NCBI RefSeq assembly: GCF_009914755.1
Contig: NC_060936.1
Strand: one strand, 5' to 3'
Origin: the human T2T-CHM13v2.0 reference genome, Homo sapiens
Length of the DNA: 64,000 nt
Shown here: in pieces, positions 12,765 through 23,990 of the stretch
Numbering within the stretch: the first letter of the stretch is position 1
How the letters are laid out: each line of letters starts with the position of its first letter
The notes under the pieces: generated by a model
Databases searched by the model: none
What the model saw: only the letters and a program-made list of their open reading frames with translations
What the model was told of the DNA's origin: nothing
Made by a program: the position numbers and the translations under genes

Positions 12765-12949
12765 TAGGGCCAGGACTAGGGTGAGGCAAGTGAGGTGCTT
12801 ATAGTGCAAAATTTAAGGAGGCGTTCACTCTCAGGCTCCTGCAAGTGAGTGTCATTAGTGAAGGATTCAGGTGGATGCTGCACTTGCAGTGCCTCCTTAA
12901 ATATTGTGCCCTAGGTAACTTGCTTGCTTCATCCTTGTCTTGGGTTTTG
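12765..12949. mobile_element. MER96-like hAT MITE with long inverted ends
   Basis: AGGGCCAGGACTAGGGTGAGGCAAGTGAGG...GCAAAATTTAAGGAGGC, mirrored by GCCTCCTTAAATATTGTGC...CTTGCTTCATCCTTGTCTTGG. Confidence 0.7.
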
Positions 12950-13060
12950 ACTGTCAACTAATCATGTTGTATCAAGGATAGAAAACCTTCAAATTTTTGT
13001 TTATACTCCTTGTTCTAGAGAAGTTCTCTGTGCCTATATGTACCCCAAGTATTTACACAT

Positions 13061-13572
13061 TACGATGGTTAATACTGAGTGTCAACTTGATTGGATTGAA
13101 GGATGCAAAGTATTGTTCCTGGGCGTGTCTGTGAGGGTATTGCCAAAGGAGATTAACATTTGATTCAGTGGACTGGGAAAGGCAGACTCACCCTCAATCT
13201 GGGTGGGCACAATCTAATTGGCTGCCAGCACAGCCAGAATAAAAGCACGCAGAAGAACATGAGAAGACTAGACTGGCTTAGTCTTCTGGCTTCCATCTTT
13301 CTCCTGTGCTGGATGCTTCCTGCTCTTGAACATTGGAGTTCAAGTTCTTCAGCTTTTGGACTCTTGGAACTTCGACCACAGATTGAAGGCTGTTGGCTTC
13401 CCTACTTTTAAGTTTTGGGATTCAGACTGGCTTCCTGGCTCCTCAGCTTGCAGATGGCATATTGCAGGACCTCACCTTGTGATAGTGTGAGCCAGTGCTC
13501 CTTCATAAACTCCTCTTTATATATACATCTTTCCTACTAGCTCCGCCCCTCTAGAGAACACTGACTAATACA
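13061..13572 (+). mobile_element. MLT2A1-like (HERV-L) solo LTR
   Basis: GATGGTTAATACTGAGTGTCAACTTGATTGGATTGAAGGATGCAAAG...CTAGAGAACACTGACTAATACA. 5-bp TSD CACAT at 13056-13060 and 13573-13577. Confidence 0.92.
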
Positions 13573-14389
13573 CACATGTATTTTCTTTCCAAGCCTCTGC
13601 TTATGGGTGTCTTCCTGAATGCCCATTCCCCGACATATGTCCCCACAGAAATCTGTGGAGAGACCTGTTTGTTTGATGCTCACCTCCCTTCAAACTTCAA
13701 AGTCTTTGAGAAAGCACGATTTCAGATTTGTGTTTGTGTCCCTAGCACCTAGCCACAAAGTCCTGTACATAGAGTTCCAATAAATGTTTAGTGAATAAGT
13801 GAAAAAGCATTGCCATCAAAAAGCACTCTGTGCCTAAAAGCAGTCATTCTGAACTCAGCCACATTTAAAAAAGCAAATCTTCCAGATGCAAATGAATCCT
13901 AATTGTGTTCCACAGAGGGACGATTTGCCATTCCTGTCTATTGACTGTGAAAGTGAAATAAAATAAAAAAAAATGATTTCTAGAAAAGAGATACCTAAAA
14001 TGTCAGGCACATTATTATCTAAAGCTTAGCCAGCTGCCAGCTAATTTCCTTAGCCACAGGTTCTAAAGTAAACACAGATGTGGCAGGAGTAATTACCCCC
14101 AGAAAGCAAAAGCACTTCTGTTGCAGACTAGATGACAGCCTTGGCTGGCTCTTTGTGAGGGGACAAAGGCAGGCTGGAAAGAGCCCAGAGCCTGAGTGGA
14201 CAGTGAGGGACCCAGGAGCCTTGCTGACAGGATGAAAAGAGCCACACTCTAAGAAAGAATTGTTTGATGGAAAAAGTGGTGGATCATAGTAGCCTCACTC
14301 CATATTTGAAGGGCTATAAAAGGGGATTTAGAGTTGTTCTAGGTTATTGCAGAGACCACTACCAGCAGTTTTAAAACAAAAACAAAATT

Positions 14390-14600
14390 AAGCACTTTCT
14401 GAACATCAGTATGTTGTCTGTATAATTGTGTACTTCTTAGAACAGCCCCTGCCCAAGTCAGGCACTGTAACCCCAATCGTACAAATGAGGAGACTGAGGG
14501 TGACAGGAGTTCTATTACTTGTCCGAGGATACACTAGGAGTAAATGGAAGAATGGGATTCAAATTGTTTGTGGCAGAGTCTGTGCTCCATCCTCTGTGTT
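14390..14600 (-). mobile_element. MIR SINE fragment
   Basis: CCCCAATCGTACAAATGAGGAGACTGAGG...CTTGTCCGAGGATACACTAGG...GGGATTCAAA core. Confidence 0.65.
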
Positions 14601-15313
14601 ACTCTGGAGATCTTTAGTTTGTGGAAAATGGAGCTCTCAGTCCACACTTGCACTGGTGGAGTTCCTGACAGCTTACAAGCACTTTTTACATATTACAGCA
14701 ATAAACCTCTGACACGGGCATACAAAGGAACTAAATTCTTTTATAAGGAGTGACTTGTTCAGTCACACGACCAAGTATCAGCTGAGCTGGGACTTTGGCT
14801 TTAAGTGATCTCAGCTCCACGGGGGCACTTCTCAGAGGGACTTTCACAGGGTATTGAAGAGGCTATTCCTATACCAAAGGAGAAGCTGGATTTGATGGCC
14901 AGTAAACACCACCAAAATTCTGTGACCCTTATATTGCTTATAAGGTTCCCCTTTTTATAGCACCCGTCACAAACAATGGGAGAATAAAGGAAGGGTTATT
15001 TTAGTGAGTGAGGCCACAGCATAATAACATTGAGTACAGGTTTGTGTTGAGATGAAACCATTGTATGCAGGCAGCAGCAGTGAGTCAAGAACAAGGAGAG
15101 AGGGCACAGATAATATAAATTTGTATAAAATAATAAACAACAAAAAATCCTTCAAAATTATTGAATAATGATGTCTCTGCAAAATGGGATGTGAAATAAT
15201 TCTAGATGTTAGGGTGTACTTTTCAATGAATTTTAAGACCATGAAATTTTATGGTGGGAGGAATGTTATCTAATATTAATGAATTTTTAATTAATGGGCA
15301 CCCAAAGTCAAAT

Positions 15314-15360
15314 ACACACACACACACACACACACATACACACACACACACAGATACACA
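15314..15360. repeat. (CA)n microsatellite, interrupted
   Basis: Directly visible CA run. Confidence 0.95.
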
Positions 15361-16584
15361 TTTTCAGATCTCTTTTCTATTGCATTTAATTTTTGCAAAT
15401 AAAACTTAATCGAGATTTTTTTCTGGATTTGGTAAGAGGGCATATTTGTTAGATATATAGATTTCAATACAGCTAAAAGATGTCAAGAGGGAGATTGGCT
15501 ATTAAAGCTTTGTACCACTGGGCCGCACTGACTTGAGATCAAAACAGTCCAGGAGAGGCTGGCAGATTCCTGTCCACAAATGCACTGATTGGTTAACTTG
15601 GAGGTAGCAGACACTGGAGGACAGATGAGTAACCACCAAATACTTGAAACTAACTGGTAAGTCCCTTTACTAATGAACAGAGAAAACCAGAATGGAATAT
15701 CTATGTAAATGTTAATGCATCCCTACTTCATTAAAGAAACGACAAACAAACATATGTTCAGAAGATTGTTTGGTATGGAATTCAAGCAATGGGAGTGGAA
15801 TGGTCTCACTCATCATTATTTGTAATTACATATTTTATTGTGTGATTATTTGTTTAATTTTTACTTCTCCATTTAGACATTTTACTTGCTACTGTCTATC
15901 CAGTGTCTAGCATGTAGACTTACATGTGGTAGGCATTTGATAAACATTTGTCGGAAGAATGAATGGATAGTTTCATTACACAATGATGGCGTGATGCAAT
16001 CATACATCTTGGGGACTGCAATTTTCCTGAGCACTCATCAACACACTCTCCACTCTGGGCAATATATGAGACAGATGAGATATATGATCTCTGCTTTCTT
16101 TTTTACTACAATTGTCATTACCTCATGTCTGGCAAATTATTATTAGACAGCTATTATTATACAATTGAGTAAATTACAGGTGTTGTCACATCAATTACTT
16201 TGTAGATCTCTGAGATCCCTGAGGGTAGGGGCAGTGTGTTCATGATCTACAAGAATATGTCTTTTGGTGCTTAGCAACAATGCCAGATGCATGATAAATA
16301 TTTGTTGAGCGAGTAAATGATTACTTTATTGAGAATACAACCTAGTTCAAGGATAGAAGATAAATTTGCTGCGACTGCTACCTCTTATGTTGTGGCAGAT
16401 GTCTCTAATTGATCATGGAACTCTTTCCCACAGAAGTTAGATGAGGTCATGGCCTCCTTACCCTCCAGGCTGTGGGAAGCATGAGTAATACTGGAGTTGA
16501 TCGGTTGAAATCTGTTTTCTATCCCTATCTTATTTTCTTAGTTGGGCCTGAAGGATTACTCATTCAAGGATGTTATATTGGTTA

Positions 16585-17080
16585 TAATTCAACAATAAAT
16601 ATTTATCTGTTGCTTACTATTCATTGTGCTACATGTTGGGACATGAAGATGTATAACATAGAATATGCTCCCCACCCTTTAAAAGTTCACTCTCCAGTGG
16701 GGAAGAAACATCCAAAAACCTAAAATGATAATGTAATATAATATTTGCTACAATAGAAGCATACATACAAGTTATGGGAACATAGGGAGGGAGAAATCTA
16801 TTACCTGAGGAAAAGTGTGTGTGCATGTGTATTTCGTGGAGGCACATAAAGGAAATTGAAGGAAATATGTGGAGTGGAAGTAACATTTGAGCTGGCTTTC
16901 AACAACAAGACAAACCATGTGAAGAAGAGTATTTAAGGTAGCAGAGAAGGAATAAGGACATTTTAAATATGGATACACATCCGTGCCATCACAGCACATT
17001 TGCACTGTTGGACGTATGTGGAGTGGTGCTGTTTGGACCAAATAATGGTTCTGGAATTTCAGCCTATGCTGAAGATATTT
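16585..17080 (-). mobile_element. L2 LINE fragment
   Basis: ATTCAACAATAAATATTTATCTGTTGCTTACTAT...AAAAGTTCACTCTCCAGTGGGGAAGA...AACATTTGAGCTGG. Confidence 0.55.
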
Positions 17081-18076
17081 GAAAGTATACTCCCTTCCTG
17101 ATGTATCTGAGATCATACCACCTAAGATCATCTACACAACTGGCTGGCTGTGACTGACAGATCCTGGAAGTAGCTTTGTGGCTTTTGGACAAAATAGGTT
17201 TGCACACACAATGGCAAAGCCATCATTCTGCTCAGGCAATTTAAAATATCCAAACTAATAACCAGTTAAAACAACCTGCTATTTGACACTGTGTAGATCA
17301 GGTACTCGGAGTCACTGAAGGTTCCACGTTTCCACGTGGTTTTAGTATGAGGACCAGGGCTTCCACATCCCTCTCACCACACTGTCATCGTGCCCTGATT
17401 CGGTTCACATTCCCCACCTTCCCAAAGCTCTCTTGTCAAGAGAGTAAAGGTGAACAGTCAGGGGAGGGGAGAGAAAAAACAGCTTTTAAGATGAGAGCAG
17501 TTTAATTAAATACTGAAAGAAATTCTGGAGGGCCGCTTGTAAAACTGGATAGATTCAGAGGTGAACTCCTTTTCTTTGGAAGCAAAACTGCTCCTCCTCC
17601 ATTTCCTATGCCCTGCCCCTCTTCTGTCTGGCCTCCACCCTGGTGACCTTGGGGATGTCCTTCACTTTGTCTCCCTTAACCTCACAGGCCACATCTACTT
17701 AAGTAATTAGTCCTGTTTATTCTACTTCAAAATGCACCCCAAATCTTATCTATTTTCTGACCCCATTATTGGCTTATTTAAGCCTCTCATCTTCTTCTTC
17801 TTATTATTATTTATCTTATTTATCTTTGCCACAGCCCTCTAAGTGGTGTCCCTGCTCCCATAAAACCCTCAGCATCCCTTCCAGAGTTATGATAGAATAA
17901 AATTGTGATCTAGTAAAGTCATAGAGTTATGATCCAGTAAAGTCTAGCAAGCCATTCCGATATAGCATCAAGTTCACACGTCCTCTCACAGCATACATGG
18001 ATGATAAGCTCCCTGAGCTGGGGCGTGTGACTATCTTGTTCATCTGGGGTAGAGCACACATGGTAGGCCATCTCTA

Positions 18077-18466
<390 letters not shown>

Positions 18467-19913
18467 CTACTCTATCTGTACCCTAAACTCTAGCCATTCC
18501 CAATTTCTCATCTTTCTCTGAACATGCTATGTCCTTCCATGGTCCCATGTCTTCCCTCTGACTAATTTCCTTTCATTTCTTCTCCATCAAAAAAAATAGT
18601 ACTGATTCTTAAAGGTAGAGCACAAATCCCTCAATAGAATAAAATGGTAAGGCTGCTGTACTCAGACTACCCTGTGGCTCTCTGTCATGGACAGCTTTCC
18701 CTTCTATTTTAAGAAAAACCTTTAAAGGTTTGCCACCCATGCCTTCTGTTACTCGGTCCTTTCTATTTCATATTGTCTGAATATTTTTTGAAAGTGAGGA
18801 ATTTTAAAAAGCTGTTTACCTAACAAATTCTAGAGGAGACAAAAAACCCAGCAGAGGAAAGTATGGAGAAAATAATTATACCAAAGCCAATCATCATGTG
18901 TCTATATAGGTTCTGGAGCTGAGCAAATGTGAGCAAACCACTCAAAAAGACCTGTATGTATTAATTACTGTGGGAGACACATTTGCAGTGCGAAAGCCTA
19001 AATAAGAATGAGTGGAGGGTGCAGGCCCTCTCCCCCGCCGTGTGCCTTTACCATCCATTTCACTCTTCTATTTTCTGTGAGAAATTTTACTGTTAACACT
19101 CCTAAATCTGGGTTATCATCAATTTTCACCTACTTTCCTCTCATTTTTTTTCTTTCTCAAATATTTGAAACAGAGCAGTCAACTGTCAATGATGAAAAAT
19201 AAATACTGAATGCCAGATTAGGAGGTATAATGAACAAATAACACTCATAGAAGGTAAAACCACCTCCACTAATGCCAAGCCTATTGTACATAATAGAAAA
19301 TACAAGACAAGATATATTGCCATGGGCATTAGAGGAACATTAAGATTTTAAAAGATTCATAAATGTACAGTTAACTATAAGACGATGAACTCAGCTGGCG
19401 GGGCAGATATGAGCAAACCTTATGAGCTAAGCTTTACTGAAAGAGGGCAGTGACTCTGCCTAATATATTTCTATTCAGTCAATACATGATAGGCAAAGAA
19501 AAAACAAAAGAAAAGAGACAATGATTTTGTGTCTCTGGAGTTAATGTGTATTCAGGAATTATTTAGAAGGCTTAAGAGCACTATGGCCATGTCTCTAATT
19601 GTTAGTAAATTTTCTATAACTTGCTGCTTTCTTTCTGTGGCACCTCTAGTTTTCTTTGCAGCTGTGCTTAGTGCCAGGTAAGGCTATTCTCAAAAGCAGA
19701 GAGTAAGACACTAGGAGGCAGGGACCATTGGGAGAAGAAAGTAAATACAATGCATTATGATTTAATAGAATGCTTCACACACTGTACTAGGCCAAACCCT
19801 GTTCTAGGTAGGCATCAGGAGTAAGAAAAAGAAAGAAAGAAAAAAAATGTGCACAATCTTGTTTAAAAGACAAGAATGACATAGTTGAAATATTTGTAAG
19901 TTAAAATGAACAT

Positions 19914-19940
<27 letters not shown>
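19914..19940. repeat. (TG)n microsatellite
   Basis: Directly visible. Confidence 0.95.
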
Positions 19941-19945
<5 letters not shown>

Positions 19946-20652
19946 AATATATACACTTGAGATGCTACATTATAAGTGTAGCTGGAATATAGATAAGGGA
20001 GATGTTAGTGCTAGCTGGAAGGGTAGAATAAAAGCATCAGGAAAGAAGTGAAGATAGACAGTAGATAGAAAAAAAGGAAAATGTAGAATTGCACAGAAAA
20101 TGAAAAATCAATTAAATAAGTCTTAATGTAGAATGAATAGATGAGTAAAGGAAAGGAAAAAAATAAAACTGAGTTGACAAAGAAAGAACAAATTTTTAAT
20201 CTTGGGGAAACAATGACAGATAATTAATTATTCTAATGCAGAGTTTATTTAGAATTCATTGTGCTTTTAACTTATGCTTGAGCTTTGTAAACAAAAAAAT
20301 TGAAAGTACTAACCATCATTTATATTTTCCCTTGAAACTAATACACAACTGAAAAAAAAGGAGTAAGGTTAAAGCGGGTTTCAAGGTACTTTTGAAGTTT
20401 CCACTATTGTGGCAGAGAAATATGTTCACCAAATATTGAGCAACAATTTAACAATTTTGTCACTTGTGCTCAGGGTGATGTTCACATGAGGAAAATATTT
20501 TAAAATATTAAAATTGTGTTATTCCTATAGATACACACATAAATATTTTGACTTTAAAAATACATGGCCAATAAATTATGAATATAACATACTGTAAGCG
20601 AACAAAAATTCATGGACAAAAATTTCATGATAATGACAATATAAATTTTACA

Positions 20653-21200
20653 TGTCTGAGTTGTCTATTGCTATCTAACAAATTACCCCCAAACTCAGCA
20701 GCTGAAAAAAATATTTATTATCTCACAGTGTTTTGTGGATCAGGAATGTGGGAGAGACTTAGAAGGTTCTGATTCAGGGTCTTTCCTGTTATAGTCAGCT
20801 GTCGTGAAAATCTCAGCAGAGACTGCAGTCATCTGAAGGCCTGACTGAGGCTGGAAGATCTACTTCCAAGATGGCGTATTCTCACATGGCTGTTGGCAGG
20901 AGGCCTTAGCTCCTTTCTGGATGTTAAGTTTTACTCACCACGTGACCTCTCCATAGATTCTCATGATAAAGTAGCTGGCTTCTCTCAGAGAGACACATCC
21001 AAGGAAAAAGAAGACAGAAAGGATGCTATCCTTTATAACCTAATCTCAGACATTGTACGTCATCATTTCTGACACATACTATTTGTAGGAAGTGAGTCAC
21101 TAAGTCTAGCCCACACTCAAGGGATGGGGGAATTAAGATCTACCTCTTAAAGGGAGAAGTAACAAAGAATTTATTGTTGGTATATTTTAAAACCACCACC
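20653..21200 (-). mobile_element. MaLR solo LTR (MLT1G/H-like)
   Basis: CTATTGCTATCTAACAAATTACCCCCAAACTCAG...CTGACTGAGGCTGGAAGATCTACTTCCAAGATGG...TATTTTAAAACCACCAC. Confidence 0.75.
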
Positions 21201-21753
21201 CACACTATCTTAAATATATATCTCTTTGTATGAATTTACTCAAGAAATAAGTGACAAGCTTCTAATTTCCACATGCATTAAACATTCATGGGGGTAGTAG
21301 AATAAATGCATTTCTACATTCGTATGATTCAGACAGACCTTAGTCTTTCACATCCTGTAGACAACAAATTACAACTGAGTTTCACCATATATTGAGTTAG
21401 GTGACTTAAATGTTTAAATAAACTCTGAACTTAGACTTATGATTAATCATGTTATTTATATTTGTGAGTTTTGCTCTTGTAATTTAGAGAATAAGAAAGA
21501 ATAATTTAAATATCTGGTTGCAGACATTGAATAGAGCCAGTCATTATTATTGAGGATTTTGTTAAATGCAAATTGACTTCACCATTGAACCGGTAACCTT
21601 TTAATAGATAAACAAAAGCACAGCTGCTTATTTTATGCTTTAATAATAATAATGGCATTTTGTGAATATTTGAATTGCTTTTAACCTTTAAGTGTAAAAA
21701 TCAGTCCCTAACAGGTATGTAAACTAGTAGAATACTATCCCCAACTTGGGTGA

Positions 21754-22248
21754 TGTGTTGGCTAATTGTCAACTCGACTAAGCCACAAGATGTCCAGATA
21801 CTTGGTTAACTGTAATTTGAGTGTGCCTGTGAGGCTGATTCTGGATGATATTTACATTAAAATTGATAGACTGAGTAAAGCAGATTGCCCTGCCTGATGT
21901 GGGTGGGGCCTCATCTAATCAGTTGAAGTTCTGAATAAAATAAAAAGGCTGACCCTCCCTCAAGAAAGAGAATTCCTTCTTCCTGACTACTTTTGAACTG
22001 GGATGTTACATTTCTTCCTTGCCTTTAGACTTGAACTGAACATAGGCTCTTCCTGGGACATGAGCCTCCTGGCCTTTGAATTGGAAACCACTGTCAGGTC
22101 TCCTGGGTCTCCAGCTTGCTGATTCTTTCACACTGTAGATCTTGGGAATTCTCAGACTCCATGATAGTAATTCCTTATGACAAACCAATGTCTTTCTCTC
22201 TCCCACCCTTGAATTGCTTCTGTTTCTCTGGAGAACCCAGAATAACAC
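21754..22248 (+). mobile_element. MLT2 (MLT2C-like) ERVL solo LTR
   Basis: TGTCAACTCGACTAAGCCACAAGATGTCCAGATA...CTGAGTAAAGCAGATTGCCCT...CTGTTTCTCTGGAGAACCCAGAATAACACA. Confidence 0.85.
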
Positions 22249-22393
22249 AACGATTATATATATACATATATATTTATGTACATATATATTTTAAAGTTCT
22301 GTCTTAGTTAAGCCCATGCTTGGTCTCAAGACATTTATGATTTAGTTCTTGCTCTAACTCAGAGAAGTAGGTGACTCCATGCCTGTGTCTTCA

Positions 22394-23069
22394 TGGTATG
22401 GAATTGAATGCTTGTGTCCCTGCAAAATTCATATGTTGAAGTCTAACTCCCATTGTGATAGTGTTTGGAGATGTGGACTTTTTGAGGTGATTTGGTCATG
22501 AGGGGGGAGCCTTCAGGAATGGGATTAGTCCTCTTATAAGAGGAAGTACAGGAGAGCGTGCTTCTTTTCTGGTCACTGCCACATGAACACTCATAAGAAG
22601 ATGACCATCTGAAAACCAGGAGACCAGACACCAAATATGCTGGTGATATGGTTTGGCTGTGTCCCCACCCAAATCTCATCCTGGAGGTAATTGAATCATG
22701 GGGGCAGAGCTTTCCTGTACTATTCTCATGATAGTGAATAAGTCTCATGAGATCTAATGGTTTTAAAAAGGGGAGTTTCCCTGCACAAGCTCTCTTCTCT
22801 TGTCTGCCACCATGTGAGATGTGCCTTTCACCTTCTGCCATGATTGTGAGTCCTCCCCAGCCACATGGAACTGTAAATCCATTAAACCTCTTTCTTTTGT
22901 AAATTTGCCCAGTCTCGGGTATGTCTTTATCAGCAGCGTGAAAATGGACAAATATAGCTGGTATCTAGATCTTGAACTTCCATCTCCAGAACTGTGAGAA
23001 ATAAATTTCTATTGTTTAAGTCATCTGGTCTATGGCATTCTGCTGTAGCAGCTAGAACTGACTAAGACT
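22394..23069 (+). mobile_element. MLT1A-like MaLR solo LTR split by a THE1 insertion
   Basis: TGGTATGGAATTGAATGCTTGTGTCCC...CCAGACACCAAATATGCTGG | insert | TATCTAGATCTTGAACTTCC...CAGAACTGTGAGAAATAAA...GACTAAGAC. Confidence 0.85.
22644..22956 (+). mobile_element. THE1B-like solo LTR nested in MLT1A
   Basis: TGATATGGTTTGGCTGTGTCCCCACCCAAATCTCATC...CAGCAGCGTGAAAATGGACAAATATA. 5-bp TSD GCTGG at 22639-22643 and 22957-22961. Confidence 0.93.
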
Positions 23070-23794
23070 TTCTAACACTTTCTAACAAATAAAAGATGTG
23101 GATTAGATGATCTCTAAGTTTCCTTCCAGATCTGAAATCCAACATGCCATAACTCTCAAAAGACATCCTCCTCAATCTGACTCTTACTTTTCACTATCAC
23201 CCAAGTAAAGATGACCTCAGCATGAAGATCTGTTGTTCTGCATTTGGTGCTTATTCAAAAGGCCAATGAAAGAGGAATTATCAAAGAAGTGAGAAGGATA
23301 TTTATGGTCTTTGAATTAGTATGTGTGACAGCTTTATGAAAGGACAAACCTCAGAGTGCCCAGTTTCTCTCATTTATGCTCAGGGGATTTGTTCTTATAA
23401 GTACTATTAAGTAGGTAAATCCTCTGTGTATCTGAGAGAGCACAGACTAACAAACATCAATTTACTTGCTACTGTTTGCATGCTATATTCTTGGTAGATG
23501 CTTACCTAATTCTTCTAGAAAATGTATCCACTGAAGCTCAAATTTAAATGCCATCTTTAATTTGTTTGGTTTAAATAAACTGCACACAACAGCTTCTTCA
23601 GAGGATAGATTGCTAGGATATGAATATGAGCTTGAAAAATATCTCTGGTATGGCTAAAAAAATATAAGCTGCAGCTCTTTATTCAGTGAACTACATTAGT
23701 TTATCACACTTCTACCAGACTTATATGTATATGAAGAGAAGAATTACAGACAACCAAAATAGAATTAAGATCAACCCCACATTTAGAGATGCAC

Positions 23795-23990
23795 AGCACA
23801 TGGAATTTGAGGTCATGGAGAACTGGCCTTAAATCTCAGCTTTATTAGGAGCTTGGGCTCAATACTTAATCTCTCTTCAAGCCTCAGTTTCCTCAGCTGT
23901 GAAAAAGAAGAGGAAAGTCGGGACAATAAGAGCTACCTCATAGATGAGAGGGCATAGGAATTCCTTAATAAATGGTAGCTGTTATGATTA
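23795..23990 (+). mobile_element. MIR SINE fragment
   Basis: ACTTAATCTCTCTTCAAGCCTCAGTTTCCTCAGCTGTGAAAA...TACCTCATAG...AATAAATGGTAGCTGTTAT. Confidence 0.65.

Noticed and set aside
19662-19677. 16-nt micro-exon between TTTTCTTTGCAG and GTAAGG
   Set aside because: Not a multiple of three, no partner exons identifiable, and expected by chance in 64 kb.
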